DNA of 64,000 nt from Comamonadaceae bacterium (GTDB taxonomy: Bacteria > Pseudomonadota > Gammaproteobacteria > Burkholderiales > Burkholderiaceae_C), in NCBI GenBank assembly GCA_027486555.1, contig JAIXOX010000135.1:2802-66801 (forward strand), written 5' to 3'. A program made the position numbers and the translations under genes. This document shows, in pieces, positions 16,689 through 27,394 of this stretch. The notes beneath the pieces were generated by a model. The model was not told the origin of the DNA and ran no database searches. It saw only the letters and a program-made list of their open reading frames with translations. How positions within the stretch are numbered: position 1 is the stretch's first letter; every line of letters starts with the position of its first letter.

Positions 16689-17552
16689 ATGCATGTAAGC
16701 CCTAAATCCCAGCCTCATGCCCTTAAGGTCTCCACTGCTCAGTGCAACATCGAATTAAGTCAGCTACCAAGGTGGATTTGGTGGGTGGCGTTGGCCATAA
16801 TGGTTTTGGGACTGGGAATTCACCGCAGTGATCTCAACATGGCGTGGATGCTTTGGGCCCACACCCAAGCGTTTTTTCCAGATTTCTTTTGGGCCAGCAC
16901 CACTCTTTTGGGATTTGGTTGGGCTGTGCTCATTGTGGTCACGGTCTTTGACCGCGAACACGGACGATGGGCCGTTGCCGCTTTATTGACTGTGGTTTTT
17001 GGTGGTTTGTTTGTTGCGTTTGTCAAACGGGTTGCGTACCACCCAAGACCACTTTCCTGGCTCAACGATTCCAATTTGCAAGTGATTGGCGAGCCAATTC
17101 TTCACAGCGGTTCCATGCCATCAGGTCATGCAGCGGGCGCTGCAGCGTTGATCACTTTGTTGGCGCTGGCGCTGCGCGAGCGGGGTCAATTGGACAAGAC
17201 GCGTTTGTACATTTTGGTGTTGTCGGGTTTTTTGGTGGCCTGGTCTCGTGTGGCTGTTGGCGCACACTGGCCTGCTGACGTGATGGTTGGTGCACCTTTG
17301 GGCATGGCATTGGCGGTGGGTGCTTACCGGCTTGTGCATGTTTGGATGCCTCACCCACCCGTGTTGTCTTTGGCCCATGACAAGCACCGCAGGTGGTGGC
17401 TTTGCACATTGGAGTTGGCCTTGGCCGCCATTTGTTTCGGTACCGACACTGGACAACCGCAGGCCGTTTGGTTTCAAGGTTTTTTGGGATCGATGGCCAT
17501 CGTGAGTTGCTTGGTGCGTTTGCGTCCTGTCATGAAACTGGCTTTCAAATGA
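16689..17552 (+). CDS. PAP2-family membrane phosphatase (LpxE-like or polyprenyl-PP phosphatase)
   Basis: C1 KRVAYHPRP, C2 PSGH, C3 SRVAVGAHWPAD; multiple TM helices. Confidence 0.85.
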   Translation: MHVSPKSQPHALKVSTAQCNIELSQLPRWIWWVALAIMVLGLGIHRSDLNMAWMLWAHTQAFFPDFFWASTTLLGFGWAVLIVVTVFDREHGRWAVAALLTVVFGGLFVAFVKRVAYHPRPLSWLNDSNLQVIGEPILHSGSMPSGHAAGAAALITLLALALRERGQLDKTRLYILVLSGFLVAWSRVAVGAHWPADVMVGAPLGMALAVGAYRLVHVWMPHPPVLSLAHDKHRRWWLCTLELALAAICFGTDTGQPQAVWFQGFLGSMAIVSCLVRLRPVMKLAFK

Positions 17553-18565
17553 ATACGGTCGCTTCCAAAGTTCGTGCACATGTGGGCTGGGCGGCCTCTT
17601 TGCTTTTGGGCTTGGTGCTGTTGATATGGCTGTTGAAAGCGGTGGATTGGAGCTTGGTTTGGGAACGCAGCCAATCGGTGAGTGCATCGGCGTGGTGTGT
17701 GGGTGTGTGCGGCCTGATGCTCAGCCATGTGTTGCGGGCGGGTCGGATACGAAACGAATGGTCACAACGCTTGGACATGCGTTGGCACGAGGCTTGGGGC
17801 TTGCTGGTGACACACAGTGCCTGGGTGGTTTTGGTTCCCATGCGGGCGGGTGAGGCGGTTTATGTTTGGGCTTTGCACAAACGTGGTCATGTCAGTCTTC
17901 TTGAGGCCACCCTGAGCCTTGTGAAAATGAGGCTTCAGGACATGGGCATCTTGCTTTGTTTTGCTGTATTTTTCTGGCTGCCCTTGGTTTTGGCATGGCG
18001 CAGTTTGCTGACTGTCTTTATGCTCTTCGTGGTTTTGCCGTGGGTGTTTCCATGGGTTTGGAAAATGGCGTACCAAAGGCTGGCTGGAAAAGTCTTGAAG
18101 CAGGATGCCTCACATGCACAGCCGCAAAACACTCGCTCACAAGTCAACCCACCCAAGCTGGTGGCCCCTGTACAAGTCAATTGGACTTCTTGGTTTTACG
18201 CCGTCTCTAACTGGGCCGTAAAACTGCTGGCCATTGCTTGGCCCTTGTCGGAATTGGGTGGCTTGGATATGCGTTATGCATTGGCTGGCGCTTTGGGTGG
18301 TGAGTGGGGCGCTGCCATGCCGCTCCAGCCGCCGGCTGGTTTCGGTCCCTACGAAGCCGGTGCTTGGGCTGGTGCAACGTGGGCCCATCATTCGGATTCT
18401 TTGACCCATCCTCTGGATTTTGCCCCTTTGCCTTTGCCTTTGCATTTGCCAGCTGCCTTTTTGGTGGTGCATTTGATGGCGTTGGCTGTCACCATCATTT
18501 CGGCCCTTGCGGCCCGTCTTTTGGGCTGGACTGAGCAGCCTTTTTCAGGGATCCATCCAGCATGA
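17549..18565 (+). CDS. Lysylphosphatidylglycerol-synthase-TM / UPF0104 flippase-like membrane protein
   Basis: Multi-TM; LRAGRIR, PMRAGE, QPPAGFGPYEAG; ATGA overlaps on both sides. Confidence 0.75.
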   Translation: MNTVASKVRAHVGWAASLLLGLVLLIWLLKAVDWSLVWERSQSVSASAWCVGVCGLMLSHVLRAGRIRNEWSQRLDMRWHEAWGLLVTHSAWVVLVPMRAGEAVYVWALHKRGHVSLLEATLSLVKMRLQDMGILLCFAVFFWLPLVLAWRSLLTVFMLFVVLPWVFPWVWKMAYQRLAGKVLKQDASHAQPQNTRSQVNPPKLVAPVQVNWTSWFYAVSNWAVKLLAIAWPLSELGGLDMRYALAGALGGEWGAAMPLQPPAGFGPYEAGAWAGATWAHHSDSLTHPLDFAPLPLPLHLPAAFLVVHLMALAVTIISALAARLLGWTEQPFSGIHPA

Positions 18566-19575
18566 GTTTTCAAGAAGCATTGACGCTCGCGTCTGCTCCC
18601 CGTTTGTCGGTCGTCATTCCCATGTTCAATGAGGTGGAAAGCGCAGTCCCCATGTTGGACAGTGTGCAATCGGCCTTGACCTCGTGTGGCATGCCGTGGG
18701 AATTGATTGTGGTGGATGATGGCAGCACCGATGGCACAGCCAAGATTTTGAGAGCCCATGCAGCCAAGCTGGGCCCACACATTCGCATCATTGCCCTTCG
18801 GCGCAACTTTCGCCAGACGGCGGCCATGCAGGCGGGGATTGACTACGCCCGAGGCGATGTGATTGCAACGCTGGATGGTGATTTGCAAAACGACCCGGCC
18901 GACATTCCTCGATTGGCCCAACGTCTTTGGGCCGAGGACTTGGACTTGGTGGCCGGCTGGCGGGTGCAACGACAAGATGGTTGGTTGTTGCGAAAACTCC
19001 CCTCTTTTTTGGCCAACCGTTTGATCGCGCGGGTCACGGGCCTGAAATTTCAAGACTTGGGTTGCAGTTTGAAAGTTTTCCGCGCACCGGTTTTGAAAGA
19101 AATTCGGCTTTATGGAGAAATGCACAGGTTCATTCCTGCTTGGTTGTCCACCGTCACGTCCCCTGACCGCATGGCCGAAGAACCTGTCAAGCACCAAGCG
19201 CGGCAATTTGGTCAGTCCAAATACGGTCTGTCTCGCACACTGCGGGTTTTGACGGACCTTTTGGCCATCCATTTCTTTTTGCGTTTTGGCTCCAGGCCAG
19301 GGCATTTTTTTGGGGGAATCGGTCTGCTTTTAGGTGCCATGGGCAGCTTGGTATTGGCCTATTTGTTGGCCTTGAAATTCAACGGCGAGTCGGTGGGCGG
19401 ACGGCCATTGCTCTGGATGGGGTTTTTCTGCGTGATTGCCGGGCTGCAGTTTTTGACCACCGGGGTCTTGGCTGAGATCTTGGCGCGTATTTATTTCGAT
19501 GGCAACCACGCACGCGCCTACCATGTGCTGCCCCATGCTTTGGTGCTCAGTCCGGATGAGGCTTGGCATGGCTGA
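18562..19575 (+). CDS. GT2 polyprenyl-phosphate glycosyltransferase (ArnC/RgtE-like)
   Basis: SVVIPMFNE, DDGSTDGT, RRNFRQTAA, DGDLQNDP, GEMHRFIP, two C-terminal TM helices. Confidence 0.92.
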   Translation: MSFQEALTLASAPRLSVVIPMFNEVESAVPMLDSVQSALTSCGMPWELIVVDDGSTDGTAKILRAHAAKLGPHIRIIALRRNFRQTAAMQAGIDYARGDVIATLDGDLQNDPADIPRLAQRLWAEDLDLVAGWRVQRQDGWLLRKLPSFLANRLIARVTGLKFQDLGCSLKVFRAPVLKEIRLYGEMHRFIPAWLSTVTSPDRMAEEPVKHQARQFGQSKYGLSRTLRVLTDLLAIHFFLRFGSRPGHFFGGIGLLLGAMGSLVLAYLLALKFNGESVGGRPLLWMGFFCVIAGLQFLTTGVLAEILARIYFDGNHARAYHVLPHALVLSPDEAWHG

Positions 19576-21157
19576 ACCAGGCTTGCGCACGGCTTCGGCT
19601 GAGCGACTGTGGTGGGCCCTCGGGTTCTTGGCCATCGCTTTGTTGTTGATGGGGCGATTGGGCGCTTATCCTCTTTTTGATGTAGACGAAGGAGCGTTTG
19701 CCGAGGCCTCGCGAGAAATGCTTGAAAGTGGCGATTGGTGGCACACCACGCTCAATGGTGCCGACCGCTTTGACAAACCCATTTTGGTGTATTGGCTTCA
19801 AGCGTTTGCCATGCACCTGTTTGGCGTGAACGAATGGGCCGTCAGGTTTCCCTCTGCGCTGTGTGCTGCACTCTCTTTGTTTGGACTGGTTTGGCATGCT
19901 CGTCGCTTATGGCCAGAGGCGTCGGGCGAACGGGGCTGTTTGGCCGCTGGTTTGCTGGGCACCAGTGCAGGCTTTTTGTTGATTTCAAGAGCCGCCACGG
20001 CTGACGCATTGCTCAATGCCTTGTTGCTGCTGGGCGGCTTGCGTTTGGTTTTGTTTGCCACCCAAGGCCATTTGCGGGATTTGCGGTGGTCTGTGCTGTG
20101 GTTCGGTTTGGGTGTACTGGCCAAAGGCCCTGTTGCGCTGTTCATTCCCGGAGTCACTTTGTTGCTCTGGTCGCTGTCGTCGGACCGGGGTCGTCGCTTT
20201 CGCCAAGCCTTGGTCGATGGGCCCAGTTGGATCCTTTTAGGGCTCATTTGTCTGCCCTGGTACCTGTACGCCTGGCAGCGCCACGGTGACGCGTTCATCG
20301 ATGGTTTTTTCTTGAGGCACAACCTTGAGCGCTTCAGTGGGCCATTGGAGGGCCACGGTGGCAGCTTGCTCTATTACGTGGTGGTTTTGCCTTTGTTGTG
20401 GTTGCCCTGGTCGGCCTTGCTTTTGCCCATGGTTTGGCGGGTGCGGCAATTTTGGGCAGACAGCACCGATCGATTTTTACTCATTTGGGCCGTTTTTGTG
20501 GTGGTGTTTTTCTCGCTGTCTGGCACCAAATTGCCGCACTATGTCTTGTATGCCGGCATGCCCATCGCACTGCTCCTGGCGCGAGTGATGCTGACCGATC
20601 ACGGTGGCCGAGGGCTGAAGTTGGGTTTGTTGTCAGGCATGTTGATCACACCTGTTTTGTGGCTTGGCATGATTGGCGCGGTGCCCTACGTGGCGCAGCA
20701 AATGGACAACGGACCTGTTCAACAACTTCTGAGCACAGCCCCCGAAACTTCTGAGGTGTTGGCTTGGGCCGTCTTGGCGCTGGTGCTTACCGTCTTGAGC
20801 CTTTTTGCCCCCTCGAGGCTTGGCCCCAAACGCTGGTTTTTGCCAGCGGGCGTGGCTGCTGTTTTTTTGGCATGGGTCGTTGTTCCTTGGTGGGGTGAGA
20901 CTTTGCAAGGTCCAGTCAAGGCAGCAGGGCTTTGGGCCCGATCGCAGGGCTTGGCGCATGCCACCCAATGGGGCTTGCACCAGCCCAGTGTTGGTTTTTA
21001 CCGGCAAAGCGAAACGCCGCGCCAAGCGCCTCAAGTCGGGCATTGGGCGCTTGTTCAAACCATGCCCCAGGATGGTCAGACTTTTGTGATCGGTTTTGAG
21101 TCCAGAGGTCTGCGTTGGGTCAGTCCTGTTGCACCCCAAGCCGTAGTTGCCCCCTGA
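19568..21157 (+). CDS. ArnT/RgtA-D-like GT-C lipid glycosyltransferase
   Basis: FDVDEGAFAEASREM, RFDKPILVYW, VRFPSA, LAKGPV, KLPHY; ~13 TM segments. Confidence 0.9.
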   Translation: MAEPGLRTASAERLWWALGFLAIALLLMGRLGAYPLFDVDEGAFAEASREMLESGDWWHTTLNGADRFDKPILVYWLQAFAMHLFGVNEWAVRFPSALCAALSLFGLVWHARRLWPEASGERGCLAAGLLGTSAGFLLISRAATADALLNALLLLGGLRLVLFATQGHLRDLRWSVLWFGLGVLAKGPVALFIPGVTLLLWSLSSDRGRRFRQALVDGPSWILLGLICLPWYLYAWQRHGDAFIDGFFLRHNLERFSGPLEGHGGSLLYYVVVLPLLWLPWSALLLPMVWRVRQFWADSTDRFLLIWAVFVVVFFSLSGTKLPHYVLYAGMPIALLLARVMLTDHGGRGLKLGLLSGMLITPVLWLGMIGAVPYVAQQMDNGPVQQLLSTAPETSEVLAWAVLALVLTVLSLFAPSRLGPKRWFLPAGVAAVFLAWVVVPWWGETLQGPVKAAGLWARSQGLAHATQWGLHQPSVGFYRQSETPRQAPQVGHWALVQTMPQDGQTFVIGFESRGLRWVSPVAPQAVVAP

Positions 21158-21284
21158 GATGAACATGTTCAACCTGCACGCACCAGGCGGCCGTTGCAGC
21201 TGCGTTTTCAGGGATTGGCCACCCCTGAACACGGTGGTTTGAGATGGAACTTTGGCGGCTCACACCCCTGACCGATGGACACTT

Positions 21285-22061
21285 ATGAAAACAATTGAGC
21301 AAGAGCGCATGCTGTTGATGGTTTTGTGGGCGCTTTTGATTGCGCTTTTTGGCTTGTGGCCAGAGCTTGATTTGCATTTCACGGGTCTCTTTTATTCTCC
21401 CGAGGCGGGATTCACTGCGCGGAAATTGGAGTGGGTTGTCGCGTTTGACAGCGCGGTGCCATGGGCTGGTCGAGCGCTGCTGCTGGGCGCTTTGACAGGG
21501 ATTGTCTGGTCTTGGTGGCAGGGGCGCATGCGCCACGCTGCGCTGGACAACATCCGTTCGTACGCCCTGCCAACCAATTCTCGCCACACATGGCGTTGGA
21601 GTGCTGCTTTGATGCTGACTTTGATGCTGGGCTTGGGCGCCGTGGTGCACAGCGTCTTCAAAGACAATTGGGGCCGTTCAAGGCCTGAGGCTGTGCAGGC
21701 GTTTGGCGGCCCAGTGCAATTCACGGGACCATTGGTGCCCACCAACAGCTGTCAACGCAATTGTTCATTTGTCAGCGGCCACGCCGGGACAGGCTTTGCC
21801 CTCATGGCGGTGGGCATTCTGGGTTCGAAGGTTCGCCGCAGACGGTGGTTGCTTGTGGGAGCCGCCTGCGGTCTGACCATTGGGATGGTGAGGATCATTT
21901 TTGGCAAGCATTTCTTGAGCGACATCTTGTTTTGCTGGGCCATGATGTGGACGGTTGTCATGCTTGTTCGCTGGGCGTGGTTGGGCTTGACCCTCCTGCA
22001 GATGCGCCGCAAGCGCGCGCTCAATCTCAATAAGTCGCAACTTGACGGGGCCTCTCCATGA
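21285..22061 (+). CDS. Second PAP2 phosphatase, LpxF (lipid A 4'-phosphatase)-like
   Basis: KDNWGRSRP, CQRNCSFVSGHA, RIIFGKHFLSD. Confidence 0.8.
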   Translation: MKTIEQERMLLMVLWALLIALFGLWPELDLHFTGLFYSPEAGFTARKLEWVVAFDSAVPWAGRALLLGALTGIVWSWWQGRMRHAALDNIRSYALPTNSRHTWRWSAALMLTLMLGLGAVVHSVFKDNWGRSRPEAVQAFGGPVQFTGPLVPTNSCQRNCSFVSGHAGTGFALMAVGILGSKVRRRRWLLVGAACGLTIGMVRIIFGKHFLSDILFCWAMMWTVVMLVRWAWLGLTLLQMRRKRALNLNKSQLDGASP

Positions 22062-23071
22062 ACATCTTGGTCACCGGAGCCGCAGGCTTCATTGGCATGC
22101 ACACCAGCGAGCGCTTGTTGCAACAAGGCCACCATGTGCTGGGACTTGACAGTTTCAGTCCTTATTACGACGTGGGCCTCAAACGTGACCGTGCATCGCT
22201 CTTGCTCCAGCACCCAAACTTTCAATTGTTAGAAGCCGACATCAACCGCCCCGATGTGCTGGCGGCTATAGAAAAGACCATGAAGCCCCAGCGTGTTGTG
22301 CATTTGGCCGCGCAGGTTGGGGTCAGGCACTCGATTCTTCAGCCCATGGATTACGCCAGTGCCAATTTGACGGGTTTCTTGCAGGTCTTGGAGTGGTCCC
22401 GCCGCTGGCGGGTGGAGCATCTTGTTTACGCCAGCAGTTCCAGCGTTTATGGCGGTAACCGCATTGTCCCATTTGCCGAGTCGCACCCGGTGGACCACCC
22501 GATCTCACTTTATGCGGCCACCAAAAAATCCAATGAGTTGATGGCGCATTCCTACAGCCATTTGTACGGTTTGCCTACAACAGGTTTGCGTTTTTTCACG
22601 GTTTACGGACCCTGGGGAAGGCCCGACATGGCGGCTTGGGGCTTCACTCGCGCCATCGCAGCTGGAGAGCCCATCGAAGTGTTCAACCATGGCCGCATGG
22701 TTCGTGATTTCACCTATGTCGATGATGTGGTGGACAGTGTGTTGGCCGTCTTGTACCGACCCGCAGAACCCATCGAAACCGGCTCGACGGCCACAGGCCC
22801 TGACACCAGTACCGCGCCTTACAGGATCTTCAACGTGGGCAATGCCAACCCTGTTCAACTCGATGTGTTCATCCAGGCCATTGAGCAGGCGCTCGGCAAG
22901 TCTGCGATTCGAATCAACCGTGAGATTCAAGCGGGAGATGTCGAGGTCACGGCCGCTGAAACCAGCTCACTCCAGGCTTGGACGGGCCAGTCTCCCGGCA
23001 CTGATTTGCATGTGGGTGTGAAGCGGTTTGTGGACTGGTACATACAGCGTTATGGCGTGCAAAATATGTAA
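22058..23071 (+). CDS. UDP-glucuronate 4-epimerase (makes UDP-galacturonate)
   Basis: GAAGFIG, HLAAQVGVR, YASSSSVYG, YAATK, LRFFTVYGPWGRPDMA; ATGA overlap with the upstream gene. Confidence 0.88.
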   Translation: MNILVTGAAGFIGMHTSERLLQQGHHVLGLDSFSPYYDVGLKRDRASLLLQHPNFQLLEADINRPDVLAAIEKTMKPQRVVHLAAQVGVRHSILQPMDYASANLTGFLQVLEWSRRWRVEHLVYASSSSVYGGNRIVPFAESHPVDHPISLYAATKKSNELMAHSYSHLYGLPTTGLRFFTVYGPWGRPDMAAWGFTRAIAAGEPIEVFNHGRMVRDFTYVDDVVDSVLAVLYRPAEPIETGSTATGPDTSTAPYRIFNVGNANPVQLDVFIQAIEQALGKSAIRINREIQAGDVEVTAAETSSLQAWTGQSPGTDLHVGVKRFVDWYIQRYGVQNM

Positions 23072-23210
23072 CCAACACCTTAGAAACATCTCACTTTCCC
23101 TTTTTAAAGCGTCCTGACCATCTTTTGAAATGGTGCGCCCAAGCTGGATGCAAGCCGTTTTAACCTCTGTGAACTTGGCCTCGTGGGACTTCAAACAAAG
23201 ATCGGTCTCG

Positions 23211-23648
23211 ATGCACCATGGCCCACATCTCGAGGTTCGATACCTCCCCTGGCCTTTAAGGCCTTTGACCATCACCTTGTTTGTTTTGAGCTTGCTGATA
23301 CCCAGCGCTTTTGCCCAGCGCATGTACGACAGCAGTGGTCGTGCGTTGGGACGGGTGGATGAAAAACGTTTTTACAACGGATCAGGCCAACTGATGGGCC
23401 GAGTGGACGGCGGGCGTATTTATGACACCTCAGGACGGCAACTGGGCCGCATCGATGGGAATCGGGTGTACAACGCCACGGGCAGCCCAATCGGGCGCAT
23501 CGATGGTGAGCGGCTTTACAGCGCTTCGGGCACGCTCATGGGGCGCATCGATGGTGAGCGGCTGTACGATCCATCAGGCCGAACCATTGGCCGCGCCGAT
23601 GCGCTTGGGCGGACGCAAATGATCGTGTTTTTTTATTTCTTCTTGTGA
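23211..23648 (+). CDS. Secreted beta-repeat protein (6 x 16-aa repeats; 5-fold beta-flower-like); start uncertain
   Basis: Signal peptide ending AFA-Q; repeats RxY[DNS]xSGxxxGR[VI]DGx; an exact 23-nt DNA repeat at 48-nt spacing (23493 and 23541). Confidence 0.75.
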   Translation: MHHGPHLEVRYLPWPLRPLTITLFVLSLLIPSAFAQRMYDSSGRALGRVDEKRFYNGSGQLMGRVDGGRIYDTSGRQLGRIDGNRVYNATGSPIGRIDGERLYSASGTLMGRIDGERLYDPSGRTIGRADALGRTQMIVFFYFFL

Positions 23649-23658
23649 GGCTGCTGCC

Positions 23659-24198
23659 ATGACTGTTCGTGAAATCCTCAAAATGGGCGATACGCGTTTG
23701 CTGCGCGTGGCCGAGTCCGTGACCACATTCGACACCCGTGAGCTGCATGCGTTGATCGTCGACATGCAAGACACCATGGCCAGCGTCAATGGCGCAGGCT
23801 TGGCCGCGCCGCAAATTGCTGTGAACCTGCAGGTGGTGATTTTTGGCAGCTCAAGCGTGAACCCGCGCTACCCTGGCCGTCCGTTGGTGCCGCGCACGGT
23901 GCTGATCAACCCGGTGATCATGCCACTGGATGCTGCAGAAGAAGAGGATTGGGAAGGTTGCTTGTCGGTGCCCGGCTTGCGTGGTGTGGTGCCTCGCTGG
24001 TCGCGCATTCGCTACACAGGGTTTGACCAACAAGGCACGCCCATTGACCGCACAGTTGATGGTTTTCATGCGCGGGTGGTGCAGCATGAATGCGACCACC
24101 TGATCGGCAAGCTTTATCCCATGCGGGTGCGTGACTTCAGCCGCTTTGGCTTCACCGAGGTGCTTTTTCCGGAGATCAGCGCGGCTGAAGACGATTGA
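23659..24198 (+). CDS. def: Peptide deformylase
   Basis: [19 protein letters not shown]. Confidence 0.95.
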   Translation: MTVREILKMGDTRLLRVAESVTTFDTRELHALIVDMQDTMASVNGAGLAAPQIAVNLQVVIFGSSSVNPRYPGRPLVPRTVLINPVIMPLDAAEEEDWEGCLSVPGLRGVVPRWSRIRYTGFDQQGTPIDRTVDGFHARVVQHECDHLIGKLYPMRVRDFSRFGFTEVLFPEISAAEDD

Positions 24199-24201
24199 GG
24201 C

Positions 24202-26331
<2,130 letters not shown>

Positions 26332-26340
26332 TCAACACCC

Positions 26341-27387
26341 TCAAGAAAACAAGCGACGCGCTTGTGCCGATCCTGCCGACAATTCACGGGCATTGAGCGC
26401 CTCGTAAAGAACGAGCAAGTCACTGGCAATTTGGTCAAGCGCCACATCGTTCAGAACCTGCCCATCACCGTCGGTGATCAACCCTTCCATGTTGTCGGCC
26501 AGCGAGCAGGCCACTTCACGCATGCGTTCAAAAGGAAGGTTTTCAACGGCAATTTGCGGAACATCCAGGCTCAGTGTGAATTCACGGATGGCCGACAAAG
26601 CCTGGTCTTCGGCCATTGCGGCCTGCGTGTCAAAACTCAGTGACAACAAGGGGAGTCCTGCTTGTTCAGAAGGCAGCACCATGCGCCCCGGGATAAGGCC
26701 CATGACAAAGCCCAAGCGTGCTGCATGTTGCTGGATGTATCCCGAACTCCAAGCCGCCGACCGTGCACAAAGCGTAAAGCTCAGTTGCACGTCGTGTGCA
26801 CTGGCGAATTGATCCAGTTCGCGAGCGCGGGCCACCTCCTCCATCATGTCGCTGAAATGGGCAGTCCCTCCGATGGCGTCCGCAAAGGCTTGGGTTTTAA
26901 CCACAAACTCAGAAAATTCAATGTCGTTGAGTGCGCCGACCCGATTGGCCAACTGCACACCGGCTTGAAAAGCCACATAGCGTTTGCCAAGCTCTACAGG
27001 CTCCCATGGCCCCTGAAGCTGACAACATCCCTCGATGTGAAAGGCTTTGGTGCCCACCCGACGCGTGGGCGGTAAGGCAGCCAATACAGATTGGGCGGGC
27101 ACGGCTTGCTCCACTTCAATGCTCGAGATCACATCGATCAAGGCATCCAAATGCGGTTTTTTATCAACCGGTGACAAAGCGACAAAATCATCGTTCAAGA
27201 CAGGCTCAATCGCCTGGCTGCTGGCAAATGAAGCGGCAGGATGCAGTCCCGTCGGCTCAGTTTGGGGTTCGGCTTGTTTGGGGGCTTTTTGACGCGAAGT
27301 CCAATAGTTGTAGGCCACAACAGCCACCACCGTCAGCCCCCCAATGGCGGCCAAACTCACTTGCAAAGAACTCAAAGAATCCGCCAT
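26341..27387 (-). CDS. zipA: ZipA-like cell division protein (FtsZ-binding C-terminal domain)
   Basis: N-terminal TM, QLANRVGALNDIEFSEF, ARELDQFA, LDVPQ; position between smc and ligA. Confidence 0.8.
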   Translation of the reverse strand: MADSLSSLQVSLAAIGGLTVVAVVAYNYWTSRQKAPKQAEPQTEPTGLHPAASFASSQAIEPVLNDDFVALSPVDKKPHLDALIDVISSIEVEQAVPAQSVLAALPPTRRVGTKAFHIEGCCQLQGPWEPVELGKRYVAFQAGVQLANRVGALNDIEFSEFVVKTQAFADAIGGTAHFSDMMEEVARARELDQFASAHDVQLSFTLCARSAAWSSGYIQQHAARLGFVMGLIPGRMVLPSEQAGLPLLSLSFDTQAAMAEDQALSAIREFTLSLDVPQIAVENLPFERMREVACSLADNMEGLITDGDGQVLNDVALDQIASDLLVLYEALNARELSAGSAQARRLFS

Positions 27388-27394
27388 AACTTCC

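Noticed and set aside
18562-21157. Classical arn (Ara4N, polymyxin resistance) operon call
   Set aside because: No arnA, arnB, arnD or arnE/F in the cluster; the linked nucleotide-sugar enzyme is a UDP-GlcA 4-epimerase.
21159-21242. 27-codon ORF (MNMFNLHAPGG...) in the gap within the lipid operon
   Set aside because: Too short, no clear RBS or motif; may be chance.
23319-23606. CRISPR-like or tandem DNA array from the 48-nt periodicity (also the 12/15-nt repeats at 46836-46920)
   Set aside because: The repeats are in frame, degenerate at synonymous positions and lack unique spacers, so they are protein repeats; no cas genes in the window.
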